Below, piece after piece: positions 11,201 through 26,000 of a stretch of DNA of 64,000 nucleotides (positions are counted from its first letter, which is position 1; each line of letters opens with the position of its first letter). The stretch covers positions 496,001 through 560,000 of the forward strand of contig JASANG010001737.1 in the NCBI GenBank assembly GCA_030248215.1. The letters are read 5' to 3'. The notes beneath the pieces were generated by a model, which saw only the letters and a program-made list of their open reading frames with translations, was not told the origin of the DNA and ran no database searches. The translations under genes were made by a program, and so were the position numbers. The DNA comes from Enoplolaimus lenunculus (lineage: Eukaryota).

Positions 11201-14200
11201 ACTGGAGTGGGAGGCGTATACCATCACCACTGAGCTATAGGAGCTTGACGCTCGAGCCCGAGCGGGCTCTCACGTCTTGTGGTGATTTAGTACTATGTAT
11301 ACGTGTTGCAATTGTTAAACACGGTGCGATATATACTATTTACCGTATATATATATACACTGCGCTGAGTTGCCTATAGGCAACTCAATGTGAGAAGGAG
11401 TTAATATCGTAGCGTTTTCCAAAACGGGAGACCAAAAATTTTGAGACGGCTTATTTACTTGACCTGGTCAGCGGCCAGTGTATAGAACAGGGCCATAATA
11501 ATAGTATACTGTAGTGACCCGAATAAGAGGGAATAATAAGAGAGGGTCCCCATTTTGAGTCCCATCAATAGGCGTCCGTAACCCTAATAAAAGACAGTAA
11601 GCGAATATAGTCCCTAAACCCTAATGAGAGTCATATCAATTATCTCTGATTGTAGCGCATACATAACTACAGAACCAAATAAATTTAGTTCAAATCTTTA
11701 ATGCATACTTAACTATTCAAAGTACATTCCTAAGTACAACATTGAATTATCGGTCAAGCTTTAGATACAAGACAAATAAACGTTCAATTCAACGGATAGT
11801 TGCAATACCGGATATTTTTCAGTATTAACGAAGGGCGGCGGACGGCGAGCATAAAATAAATAACATTCCGTAACCGAATAACAAGCGGGGTCCCCTCTGG
11901 AGAGGCCAAACAAATATCAGTCCCCACCCCTCTTATTCGGGTCACTACAGTAAACATATTCCTATGTCTAAACCTAAGCGTAACAATACGCGTATTACAT
12001 AAGCCTACTACTTAGCTGTAACACTATGGCAGTCCTGTAGAAAAACGTTCCGCTCCTGATCTTTACATTGGCCTGTTTAACTATTAATGTCTTCAATTTC
12101 TGAGTTAGCTTGCCTGAAATACATTTATTTTAGTGCGTACATGTCCAACTATAACAGCACCAACAAACGGCTATTTTTTGGTTCAACGCAAATGTATTGG
12201 AGCATATACGTCGTCGTATTGGTGTTTCGATCATCAAACTGATAGCTTAGGTGATCATTTTTCCAGCAGCCGAGGGGGAAGTTGTGGCAACCCCTCACAT
12301 TTTTGAAGTCAGCAAATTTTACAATGACATATTTTAGGAAAACATAGTAAACGACTGGATTCTCGCTCGGTTTGCTCGTGTGGTTTCGTCAACCGTTATA
12401 TATCATCGGACCGTAACCGGGCCCGTAGCCAAGGTGGGGCCAGGGGGGACTTAGAGCATCTGCAAAAATTTTGCCCCCCTTGACAATTTCCAAAGTTGCC
12501 ACTCGATTCGATTAAACTTATTAGTTTCCGTTAACGGTGGTGCTCGTAGCTACTGCCCCTTATTACCAGATAATCGGCCCCGGTAGCTGTAGGGCGCCAG
12601 GAAATATGATCCGGCATGCGATTTAAGAAAAATTGCATTTTCAGCGAAATTCAAGTTAGGAAATGCATTATTCACGCTTATTCGGCTTCTAGCTTGCGAT
12701 GTTTCTTCCAACTTTATATACTGGGTTCTTGCCTAAGTGCAACTCATTTGGCATAGCTGTAGCGACCCTGAAGAACACAGAAGTTTAGCACTAAATCTTA
12801 ATAACCAGTTTAGATTTTGATCGATATTGGCTGGCCAAGGCCTGGGTAGGACTTCCATGGATCGGCCGGGGATTGGTTGATTATTTATATTTCAGGGTGG
12901 GATCATGAATACAACTACGACTACGGTATTGATATTTGGTGTCATTATCCATACCAGCCAACGGGTATCACTCATACTGATTGTGACGCATCGAACTCGT
13001 ATCAGCCGCCCATTGATACGGTGTGTCAATGTAAGGAGCACCAAAATGGTTCGAAGCAGACTCGTAGCCAGCTCACATTGTTACGTCGGCTAATCATTTT
13101 TCAGGAAGGTCATACAAGGATTTTCGGTGACTTACAAACAAGGTTGAAAATTTATGTGGGTAAAATTGTTCCAGCGGGCCTAAGCCCTCCTGGCCGCCCT
13201 CTGGCTACGGGTCCGGTTCGAATTTCTCCAGCTGTTATATCCTGCAGGGTGCCTTAGGCAAAGATATGGTGGACGTCAATATTGAAATAACCTCAATGTA
13301 TCTTTAATGTTCTTAGCTTTTGTATACTCAAAAATAAATGGCTGTCACAACCAAATGGAATTTCTTAAAATTTTAAGCCAAAAAATATTAGAAACAAAAT
13401 GATTTTATTATAAGAATTATCTGTGTTCAGTCTGATATCCGTAGTATTTTTTCACAATTCGCAAAATATTTTATAATTTCAAATTCATCCGAATTGCTAA
13501 ACTGGTCCGTAGCCAGCTCACCTTGCTAAGGGAGACTACAGTATTTTCAAGACTGACGTACAAGGATTTTCGTTGACTTTACAAAGTTAAAAGTTTTCAG
13601 GAGACGCTAAAATTTTTCCAGGAGGGGGTAAGCTGAGCCTCTCTGGTCCCCCCTTGAAAAAAGGACTCGATGCTACACTGAATTTTTGGACATTTTCAAA
13701 ATTTTTCTCCACACTGGTCACAGCATACCCTGTTCTGAATCATCCCGCAACGTTTACTCACAAATGCGAGAGATGCACGGACCATCATTACTGTGGATTT
13801 TACAAAGTATTAAAAAGTTCAAACTTAATATTTAAGTTCGGTAAAAAATTAAACCCATTTGAATTATTGATAAATTGAATTTTTAGTATACTGCAGCGAC
13901 CCGAATAAGAGGGGGACTGATTTTTATTTCGCCTCTCCAGACGGTACCCCTGTTAGTTGGTTGTTATTTATTTTTAACCCTCCCTCCATTGCCCTTCGTT
14001 ACTAATTTAAATATCTGGTATTGGAACTATCCGTTGAATTAAACGTTTATTAGTCTTGTATCAAAAACTTGAGCGATAATGCACGGTTATACTTAATAGG
14101 GATGTTCTTTCGAACCTTAAGTATGCTGTAAAGTTTCGAACTCAACTTTATATGATCCTCGAGTCATTTATGCATTACAATTAGGGATATATAATTGACG

Positions 14201-17039
14201 TTTATGAACTCCAATTACAGGTTAGGTACTCTATTCGCTTACGGACACGTATTAGAGATACGGACTCGTATTGATTGAGACTCATAATTGGAACTCGATT
14301 TATTACCTCCTGTTATTCGGGTCACTACAGTACATTTTGAAATGTTTTCTCTACAGTGACAACGTGTCCTGTGTTGAATGCACCGGTAAACGGATACATA
14401 CAAACGCGACGCAGTTGTACCGATCAAGATCATTGGGATACGAAATGGTGTTACAAGAACGATCTAAGCAGTATATCGTTCGATGCTAAAACGGAATACA
14501 CGTACGGGATTGAGTTATGGTGTCACTATCCGTACCGGACTTCCGGGATTACGAAAACATATTGTGACAAAACGACAAACACTTATCAACCACCGGTTGA
14601 TACGACTTGTTTAGGTAAAAAATACCGGAATATGAAACAGGTTCATCATGGACGCTGTCAGGATTTTGGGCCCATGTAAAAAAATTTTGGACCGAAATGT
14701 TTTTCTGTGTGTTTAGTTTAGATTTTAGACTATTTTTTTGCTTTGGCTTAGGCTTGGATTAGCAATACGCTTATACTACTGTTGCCGCGCTGTTCTATAC
14801 ATTGGCTGGATTTTGAAATAAGAAATGACGTTTTATAGAAAAGTCGAGTGGGGTGATCTTGTGTTTCAAACTCACACCGAGTCTAAAACCTTCAGCACAA
14901 TAATCTTAATGGGGGTTTAACCTCTGAACCTCCCCCGAACTCGGCTACTCCTTTGAAGCTCCTAATCAGCCCAAGTTGTCAAAGCCGAAAAGTTTCAGGT
15001 GGGGCACACCGGAGTTTCGCAGTCTATGTAAACAAGCGAGGTTTAATCGTTTCTTGAAGAGACCGAGTCAATAGGCTTTAAAATCCAGTTAGCCACTTCC
15101 TACAGTGTATAATAAAAAAGTTTCAGCCTCGCACCATGTATTTCTACAAGATCCACAACTTTGGGATGTTTCATTGTTTAGCAACCACAACCACGAGAGT
15201 TCAGCAACTGAAATTGAAGTTAAAATAAGCCAAACAACTTGGGGTTTTAAAATCAATATAGACACTTCCGACAGTATTGTAGGCCAATCTGCTATTCAGG
15301 CCAATTACTAATTGGCATAGACAAATCAGCTACTTTGCGTAATAGCAGTTTCGCCTAGGCTCAACTGATATTGACCAATCAGATATGATTATTTGGACAG
15401 ACGAAATACTGTTAACCAATCAACGTTGGTTTTATAACACAGTTGTTTTGCTACATGTTATAATCGCTAATAGCAGATTCACCTGCGACATATATACTGT
15501 GCAAACAACTCTCTAAACCATTTAATATTTTCACAAGACCCTGCGACATATATACTGTGCACACAACTGTGTAACCATTAAATATTTTCACAAGACCTAC
15601 AGCCCTGTAGTGTTTACAGCAACCAACTGTGAGAGAGCAGTCGCTCCACAATACGGTTATTTGCAAGTCACTGAATCATGCAACGAAAATACACCGGATG
15701 TTTGGTGTACAACGTCGCATCAATCAAGTGATACGTTTAGCAACCGCGTGCGCTACGATAACGGAATTTCGATTAGGTGCAATTCCGGATACTATCTCCT
15801 GTACACAACGTTCACAACTTGTGAACCGGGCGCCAATGCTTTAACACCGTCAATTATTACAGAATGCCATAGCAAGTTTGTTTTTTGTTTTGTGGTTTGG
15901 CGGGGTGGTGGTCTAGACTCCCAATCAACAAAGAGTCTAGACTTTCATTCAACTTGGGGTTTAGACTCTAATTCGACTGCGGGTGTAGACTCCCAATCAA
16001 CTTCGGGTTTTAGACTCTCATTTAACTAGGGGTTTAAACTCCTGGTCAACTGGATGTTTAGACTCCCATTCAACTGCGGGTTTAGACTCCCATTCAACTG
16101 CGGGTCTAGGCTCCTGTTCAACTGGGGGTCTATGCTCCTGTTCAACTGGGGGTTTATGCTCCCATTCAATTGTGTTTCTAGACTCTCATTCTACTGCGGG
16201 TCTAGAGTCCATTCAACTGGGGGTTTAGACTCCCATTCAAAAACCAAGAACCGTTTGGCAAACTGTCGCAAATGAATTTGAGGTACTAAAACTTTGTCCA
16301 TCTTGTCGCTAACGAGGTTTTCATTGTAGTTTTTTTACAAGAACAGTAAAGTACACAAAATTTCTCAATATTTTTCATTGGAACCAGATACCTACGACAC
16401 CAATTCGAACATTCAAAATTTAAAATTTAGGTAATTAACGCGATGTTGCTTAGACCGGAGCCCATATTCTCTACTGCATATAGCACCTATCATCAGTTAG
16501 CGATAGGTTTTCAAACTGTCGAACACCTTCAATTGGACATCTCAAGATTGGTACATAAGTAGGGCAAATCAAACGCGAACAATGTGCTCACTTTCGACGC
16601 TCGCCACGCGCTGGTTTCAAAGTTACAAGACCTATGATCTACTGGTGATAGGTTCTACACACAATTGGGAATACGGGCGGCTCTATTCTTAGACCTGTTC
16701 TAATTGAATATCCTGAATACGAATCTGTCTGCAATATGCTTCAACTAAACACGTCATGGGGAGCCATGGCAGCTTTAAGTATGAATACTTGTTCTTTTCT
16801 TATTATAATACAATTTTTTTCTGTTAGCAAGGTACTTGCGGCGGCGTATGAGCTGGTGTTGAGATCTTTTCCATTTTTCTTTCTTTCTTTCTTTCTCTCT
16901 TCTTTCTTTCTTTCTTTCTTTCTTTCTTTGTTTCTTTCTTTTTATCTTCCTTTCCTTCTTTCTTCCTTCGTTCCTTTTTTCTTTTTTTCTTTTTTGTTTC
17001 TTTTTATCTTACTTTCTTCCTTCGTTCCTTTCTTTCTTT

Positions 17040-17072
<33 letters not shown>

Positions 17073-20000
17073 CTTTTTTATGCTAAAGATCGACTTGTCA
17101 TTTCTCCCAAAGCGCAAATGCGATGCCCAGCGGGGCACGAGGAATATGCTTATTAACGAAGCGAAAATCATTCAAGGTGTTCATGTAATATGTCAGCTTA
17201 AAGCGTCACTTCGGCTCTGTCCATACTAGTCGGCTGTAGACAAATGACACAATACGGCTGAGGCAAGTGGTGCCAAAACCAAATTATGATTGGGGGGCAA
17301 ACTCATGGCAGGATATACGTATACTAAACAAAGAGTTTTTACAATGGAGTAGCGGGTGCCGAGCAGGCGCTGGGCACCGCAGTGTGTCGGCAAGATGGAG
17401 AGCCGACGAAAGCTAGCCCTGTACGGCTTAAGGATACCAACCAACACCTAAAACTCGGAACAGCCAACTGAAATTAAAGGGGCATTCAAGGTACCTGATG
17501 TTGGTAAGAGATTTCTAAAATGATATTCAGAGAAACAAATCTTTGCCAAGTTAAAGAGCGAATTAGTCATTTCTGGTTATATCTGAGTTAGTAAAAGGAA
17601 ACATCAACTCGCTCTGAGCTGATTTAATTCCGGGTGAATTAATTATAATTAACATAGAATAAGTTTAAACATTGAGAATTCTGAGTTCTGAAAAACTTAA
17701 TTCACAGCTCAGGCTTCTAAGTGGATTCAACTTTCTGAGTTAAAATCAACGCACTGGAATTTTGCAGTGTAACCATGTCTCTCTCTATATATAACCTTCA
17801 AGTTCCGCAGTCTACGAGCTTGGTGCTTAATAGACAACGATTTCACAGATACACTGTAAATTTAAATGAGTTGATTTTAACTCAGAATGAGCTGAATCAC
17901 TTACTCTGAGTTAGGATTATCAGATCTCAGAATTTCGAGTTGATTTAATTAATTCTGAGTTTATTAATCAACTTACCCAGAGGCAACTCAACTCAGAAGT
18001 GAGAATCAACTCAACTCAGAGTGGGTTAATGTTTACTGACATTAATTCAAAAATAACCAACTCGATAGCTGAATTGATTAATCAACTCATTGGAATTAGT
18101 GCAGGTAGCGACACTTCTACAGACTACCAGCGTTTTCTGTTGTTATAGCCATATATTGTGCGGTAAAATCATTTCGCACACTAAATCGGCGGCTCTTAGA
18201 TGTCACATTCTATGCTTACTATTGCCTAATCGTGATGTTTGACGCATCCATATCTCTGAAATGTTCCATTAAAGAATCTGAATATGATTGAGACCAAATT
18301 TCGCTGTATAAATAAGCTTCGCAAATGTTTTACAACACTTTTGTAAGAGCCATAAACCTAAAACATAGTAAAAAATTGCTAATTTTTGGGCAGAAGATTG
18401 ACAAAAATTTGATCCCTTCGAAAAATACTGGGAGTGGGCGCATGCACTTTTTGCAACCCCGCACTGTAAATTGCAATAAGTTGATTATAATCAACGCAGC
18501 TAGCGAGTTAGTTATTTCTGAGTTAATAATAGTAAACATAAACTTCTGACTGAGTTGAGCGAATTTCACTCTGAGTTTAGTTGATTCCTTGTGTCCGTTG
18601 AATAATGCGCTCAGAGTGAGCTTTTTGACGCAGAATTCTGAGTTCTAAAAGTCCTAACTCCGACTGAGTGATTCAACTCAATCTGAGTTTAAATCAACTC
18701 ACTGGAATTTACAGTGCAATTCCGGCTGTTTTTGGTTTGGCTATAACCTCATGTAAAATTTTTTTCGCAAACAAGCACAACGAGCGATAAATCTGTTGGT
18801 CTTATACGATCTTAGCATCAGCTGGGTATTGTTCTAAAACCTGTAAAAAAAGTTTCGAAATATTGTTTTTCACAATTTCAAAGAATTCTTCTACAATTTG
18901 TTTCAGAAATTTGCTATTATGTTGACATTTTGTACGCGACCAGGAGTCCAGCATCCGGTGTTATATATGACGGAATGACGGTTACGTATACGTGTTATGG
19001 CGGCGGTTTTGTGATGTTCGGCCCGGATACTGCAACGTGCCAAATTGACGGGACGATGACTCAACAGCCTGAATGCATAAGTATAACAAATTTTCGATCC
19101 GCAATTGATTGCTGGAGCACTATCACTGTGAATTCCAATGAGTTGATGAATCAGCTCAGGGAGAGAATTTTGTTATTTCTGGTTATTGTTGAGTTCATAA
19201 CAGTAAATATTAACTCACTCTGAGCTGATTTAATTCCGGGTGATTTGATGAATTAACTCAGAATGAGTCAAATCAATTCCGTATTCTGCGTTCTGAAAAA
19301 TCTAATTCAGAGCTCACAGTTCTGCGAGGACTCAACTCATTCTGAGTTAAAATTAACTACTCTGGAATTTACAGTGATAGTGTTTCCCATTATGGAGACA
19401 TCAGTGTTTTATCGGCCAACAATGTAAAACTAATAATAAGAGTGGCGCTATCCTTTTGATGACGTCAGGCGCCCTCCGTCGCCGTTCGTCACCGACGCTA
19501 CATGCTCGTCCATACATTACTTAACGGTTAATGTATCAGGAAGAGCGTATTCAGAAGCTTTTTGTATAGTTATAGCAAGGTTGAAATTATTCTACGGCCG
19601 GCCAACAATTTTCCAGGATAGAAACTGTACCCTGTTGCCCCCACCTCCTTGGCTACGGGCCCGAGCTCAACGAGTGCCCTGCGAGGAATTACAAGAGCAA
19701 AACCCCCAGTTTCCAAAATGCTGCCAACATTACTCCTGCTTTGTGCACCGAAACGACCCTCGGAGATTATTTTGACTGGCGGATACGTTATGTTTCTAGA
19801 AAATTGCTCTGTTCTTGCGGCACCATCAAACGGTGGGGTCACTACATCACCGCCTGGGCTGTCAACTATTATACGCCCGATGCAAATTACTTTCACGTGT
19901 AATCCGGGATACCACATGGTCGGATCATCTGTGCTAACGTGCCAACAATCCGGCACCTACAATACCGGACGTCCACGTTGTAAAAGTAAGGCTCAGGAGA

Positions 20001-23000
20001 CCGGTAAATTGGTCCATCGTGTGATCAATCAGAGCCTGGGGGTGGTGGAGTGTCCTACAGACCAAAACGCCTGACAGACGCGGATCTATACCAGCATCTT
20101 CTGACTGCTATAGCCAGCGCAAATTTTGATCGTAGGGTTTTTATTTATGCCATGCTCCTGAAAATTATCTGGGACATACCCACTTTGAGTACATCTTTGT
20201 GTCCTCCACATTAGCCAATGAGGGAATACATGACCCCTGTGCAGTCTTAGCATACAGCTCTGTTTGCAACTTCCATAATAATTCAAGGATGCGTTCATAT
20301 CTCGGCGGCAGAACGCAAATCCGTGCTACAACTATTACTTGTGCGTTTTGTAAGCGTGCAGTTTGCGCAGTAACTTGCGTAATTACACCATGTTACAATT
20401 TTCAGCTATTGTAGCGAAAATTTTGCGTGGTTACTGTAGCTCAGTGGTTAGAACAGCGGACCGTTGATCCGTATGTTGTGGATGTGAGCCCCACGACGTC
20501 TGCAACAAAATCTGTGTCAACGGCTCTGTATGGTACTGCTTAACTTAGAATTTAGTACGCATCATATGCCACACATTGCGGTTTGTTTATCGGTTTCTGT
20601 ACAGAGGCGTCCGTAGAAAAATATATTTGGGTGGGGACAGAATGATTTCGGGGGGCCCATACAATTGCAAATCAAAATTGGGGGGAACAGCCAAATTTCG
20701 GATGCATGACCCCCCCAATACCACCCGTGGGGACGCTGTTGCTTTTGTAGTTCACAGGTCACAATTGTTTCTATTGTGTACGAGTTGTTTATTTCTAGTT
20801 ATATGTCCGGATCCGATTCCGGTAGCGAATGCAACGTATGTACAAAGTACAACACCGATATACGAAGGTCAAACCATAACGTACACTTGTTTCACAGATT
20901 TCCAAATTTTTGGCACCGCAGTGCTGACGTGTCAATCGACTGGCTACCATGATAATCCGGAGCCAACCTGTAAACGTAATTATTCAGCGTTTGTGCTTTT
21001 TTTATTTAAATATTAGATAGATTCATTATACTGTTTTTGAATTTGCATGAGTTTAGTGTGGAGGTTCATCCGCAGGGTCGATAAAGACGCTATCATCCGA
21101 ACGGCGGTGGAAAAAAATTTAATGCGATGTACTCAGGGTGGTGCTATACGTTTTATGACGTCCGTCACCATACGTCACCGTGCGGTATCGTACGTGAATT
21201 ACTCACGTAAGATACCGTTTGGTGACGAACGGCGTCGGACGGCGTCGCACGACAAGTATAGTGCCACCCTAAGCGTTCGCTGAGACAAAGGTATGTGATT
21301 AGTTTGACCGTTCCCTCTCAACCAGTAATTAGTTTTACTCCCAAACCATAACCTTTCATCCGTTCATTGTTTGCCCACCACATAGCAATATTTACATACA
21401 AAAAATAATTTTCCTCTAAAGCTCAATTAACACGTGCAAGTTATAGCAGCGAGAACTCGCATCTGTAACTTGTATTAGTTTTTTGCAGTTGCAAGTATTT
21501 GCAACGAAACATCATTTTCGTTATGAATCTTGTCATGAATTTATGTGAATAATTGGCAAATGACCGCCCAATGATGATGAATTAATTCGACTTACAGTGC
21601 TATTCTTGCATATGAATAAATTTTTGGCGCATATCAACCATAATTATATTGCAGCTGCAAATTCTTCGAATGAATTTTTGAAAAAAACCTTGCATCTGCA
21701 AGTTTTACCGACCCGATTTCTGTTTAGTGCTTAAAATTGAAAAACAAGCGACGTCACAATAGCTGTAGACTGCGAAATATCAAACATTATAGAGATTTGA
21801 ATTAATTCAAGCGTTTTGAACAAATTCAAAAAGTCTCAGCTGAGTTAGATGCACTCACCAACATGTCTTTCGATTCCCAAATCGAAATGCAGGTGCAAGA
21901 AATTCAAGCGATTTGCAAATACGTTCATACGTAAGGATTAAACTTAATAGCACGAATTCCAGTAAATAATTTGCAGCTGCAAGATCTTCAAAGCTGCTCT
22001 GTGACCAAATTTGCGCATGCAAGTTGCATATGTAAGTTTTTGCTGCAAAAACTTGCACGTGTGAATAGGGCTTGACTCAAGAAGCCGGAATGATTTAAAA
22101 TGAAATTATACCGGTTTCGAGAGCTGGAGGAACATCTATATATATTGATTAGCTAAGTAAGCGATACACCTCTACCAATTACACACATGTTACTATAATT
22201 ATAATAAATTTATAATCTTGAATTAATGTTATATACAAATTTTCATGTAACGCGGTTTTGCTTCACTCGTGTCTAATCCGATTTATACCAAGCATATATT
22301 CATTTGGAAACTTAACGATATTTATTTATCAAAGCTAGTTAATAGTATTTGGCTTAAAATGCTAACATAAATTCTGTTTTGTATTATATTCAGGAAAATG
22401 TTATCCAGACATAATTGCGTACGGATCACACGTAAACAGTACAACGCCAGTAGTTGAAAATTCAACCGTCACATACACGTGCGATGACCCGTCGAGTCGT
22501 GCTCTTATGGGTCAACCTGTGTTAACCTGCATGCATTGGGGTCAATTCGACTACGCAACCCCATCGTGTGAACGTAATGAAATTTTAAACGAAAACAATT
22601 TATACTTTAGTTTTTAAACCTGTACTAACCGTTAAACAGATACGGTTGTGCAATACCTACTTTACTGTGCCAGACACCGCCATGAGCCGCCGAACGCCGC
22701 TGAAAAAAATTGGGTAGATTTTATAATAGAAAAATTTTCGGTGCCGCGCATCGACGCACGGCGGCGAGCGGCATGTAAAGCGCAATCCGTAGTCTTATTA
22801 ACAGTAAATTTTACACCTATAAGGAATCATCAGTAGTTGGCATAAACATCGCGGTGCAATGACTATAATGTGATAAGGGCCCCATATTCTCAAATGTGTA
22901 TAGCACCTATCATCAGTTAGCGATAGGATTTCAAACTGACGACGTGCTGCAATTGCAGCAGATCTCAAAATTGGTACAGCAGTAAGGCAACTCAAACGCA

Positions 23001-26000
23001 AACAATGCGCTGAATTTTGAACCTCACTATGCGCTGGCGCCAAAGGTACAGGACCTATCGCGAACTGGTGATAGGTGCTATACGTATTTGAGAATACGGG
23101 CTCTGATTATAGATGGGCACCAGATATCAGGATATCGTGATTACCGAAATGCCTTTGTGTACAAAGCTTTTAATGAGTAATTTTTATCGATACGAAACGT
23201 TCAGTTATGAACAAAATTTTTATAAAAAACGCTTCAAAAAAGCATAATCTGGTTTGAAAATGTTTTTAAGCTGTAATTTAAGTTAAAATGTCACATCAGT
23301 CGGCAAAATATTTCGGGCTGAAAATTTGTATTTTTTAAGAATTCTATTTGCTACGACTTATAAGCGTATCCGATAGTTTCATTAAAGTTTGACAAGCAAA
23401 GGTTAGAAATTGATTTACGTACGTTCTGACGCAGTTCACAGAGTTGAGGCAAATTGCACTAAGTTTGCTTAAATAACAGTTATCCAGAACGCAATATAAT
23501 ATAGCGTCAATTAAGTCAACTCGTAGTTTACTTCAAATCTAAAAGTTTTTGATCCTCTGACAATTTACACGAAACCAAAATGTACATTTTTTCAATAATA
23601 TTTTTGGCCCATGTAAACATCAGGGGCGGAACGTTCTTTTGTGGGTCTGCAATAGAGTAATCTTAAGCTTTATACTAATGTTTTTTGCTTTGCGTAGGCT
23701 TACGCTTAGGCTTAGTCTTATGCTTAGGCTTTAGGTTAGGAATATGCTTATAATACTGTTCCGCCCCTGTTCTTTACATTGGCCCTATTTTTGCCATATG
23801 TCGACTGAAACAAATAACTTTAGATGTGTCTATAGCAGTGGCACGAGTTTAATCGCTTTGAATTATTCGTTGCAAACCAAAGCCGTAGCGACCGCTCCGG
23901 GCCAGTCGAGCAAAAACTACGGTTGAAAGAAACTTCAGTGATTTCCACTGAACTAAACACCACATATCGGTTGAGGAAAACACGCTAATAGGCAAATCAG
24001 TTTCAGTTCAATTCAGTTTAGGCATCCTACCAAGTCGTAGCATCGTATCAAAGCCATCAGACTTTGGTGTTGCAATTTTTGTTTCTGTCACACACCATTG
24101 CTCTGAATTAAGCAATTGCATGAAAACATTCCAGGGCTCTTTTGTGTTCATTGCCATAATTTTGCTCTCAGGGCAGCTTCAGTAAGAACTACGAGCTAAA
24201 TAAAGTGTTTAACAATCAAAAACTACGTTCAGAACCTTAAAAAAGTTAAAATTTAAATTATGAATATTTGAAATGGTAAAAATTAATAATTTCGGATATC
24301 CGGATGAATATCCGGGAATTCTTGCCGGATATTTGAATACGAAAAAAATATCCGATGCCCATCACTACAGTCAGCACAGAAAAATATACCTGCGAGCGTC
24401 TACGCTTACGTCGCGTATGCTTAAAACGTTAGCGTTGACCTATTAACCTAAACAGTATTATAATGGCGTCGACTTGCAAAATATTATGACACATTGTTTA
24501 AATTAGTTTTACCACATTAATTGCTCAAAATTTCAGTGTACTGTGCGAATCCGGTTCAAATTGCAAATGCAACCGTTACTATATCAAGTTTACCTATTTT
24601 TGCCGGCGTCAACGCAACTTATAACTGTTCAAGTACTCATCATTTGATTGGACAGCAAATACTTACTTGCCAAGCGAATGCGGTGTACGATTATTCTGAA
24701 CCGGCTTGTTATAGTATGCGATTGTTATATGCTTTTATTACTTATTGTTGTTAATTGTAGCCACCAGGTTGGGAGCTCTGAACTCGCGAGCAAAGCGAGC
24801 GAAAAGCCAGACGCATTTTAAAACTTCTCAACGAATATAGAAAGTCAGTTGTGCTGAGTTTCTTAAACAACTGTGAAATTTGAGATATATCGGAACAAAA
24901 ATTTGCATTATTTTAGTTTGTTCCTGGAAAAATATTACACTCGGCAGCCGGTGGGATGGGATGCATCCCCCCATCCCCCTGGATCCGTCCTTGCTTCCAG
25001 GTGCATATGGTCCTGATAATTTTTTATGTCAACCCATTTAAGGACACGAATAATACAGTTCAGAGATTAAGCAAGCCCAACGTGATAGTTTAAACTATAT
25101 TAATTGAAGAGGTTTGAATGCTAAGTTAGCAAAACAAAATATTGGCATCCCTGCTGCTGTAGCACATTCGTGCAGCCAATCAGCTGCACTGCTCCGGTAA
25201 ATGACCCCAACGGCACCTTGCTACCAACTGCGCCGAGATTATGACTGGAGTTTCGGTCGTCCGTTGAAGCATTACTCGCAGCTTCGCTCATTGTAGGCCT
25301 CACCAAAGGTCAGTTACCTAGGTATAAAAAAAATTATCATCTTAGTTACCAAGTAAGCCCGCAGCAATACTAAATATGTGCATATGGTGAACGAACTGTT
25401 AATAACTGCAGAGTGCAGCGATTTGTTTCAGTTTAACCTGAACGTATGATTGAATTCATATGAAATTGCAGCACCCCAAAAATCAAACACAGCAAACAAA
25501 TCTCTAGAGTAAACTTTACAATTGTGATAACATGAGAGTTATCGGTATGGCATATATATTCTGGTGTATTAATAAAACGTCAAAAACTACTAAACGCAGT
25601 TGCGGAAAAAATGCTGGACTTTTACTAATAGTTTCAATGTTGTCTTCGACAACTTCTTATCCGAAAATCTGTATAAAGGTTTTAGTTTTAATTTCGTTGT
25701 CACTCGCAGAAAAAACTTATATTTTCTCGCCTCAGACTTACACCAGTATTTTTAACTGACGTTATTCTGAGCGATTTATAAATAGTTTCGTTCATTCTGA
25801 GTTCTGAAAGTCCTAACTCAAGTGAGTGATTCAACTCATTGTGAGTTAAAATCAACTCACTGGGATTTGCAGTGTTGTTTCTTTAACATTTCATCGTGTA
25901 AATCCTTCAGCAATTGATTGGTTCGAATTGCCGTGCTTCGCACTTCGCACGAATTTGGTTCCTGCAAAAATATCAAATTTACGAATTGTTACAGTTATAA

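Noticed and set aside
16736..17086. Hydrophobic F/L/S ORF as a membrane protein
   Set aside because: Translation of a (TTTC)n tract
20429..20500. Functional tRNA-Asn gene
   Set aside because: No GTTC T-loop and the acceptor stem does not pair
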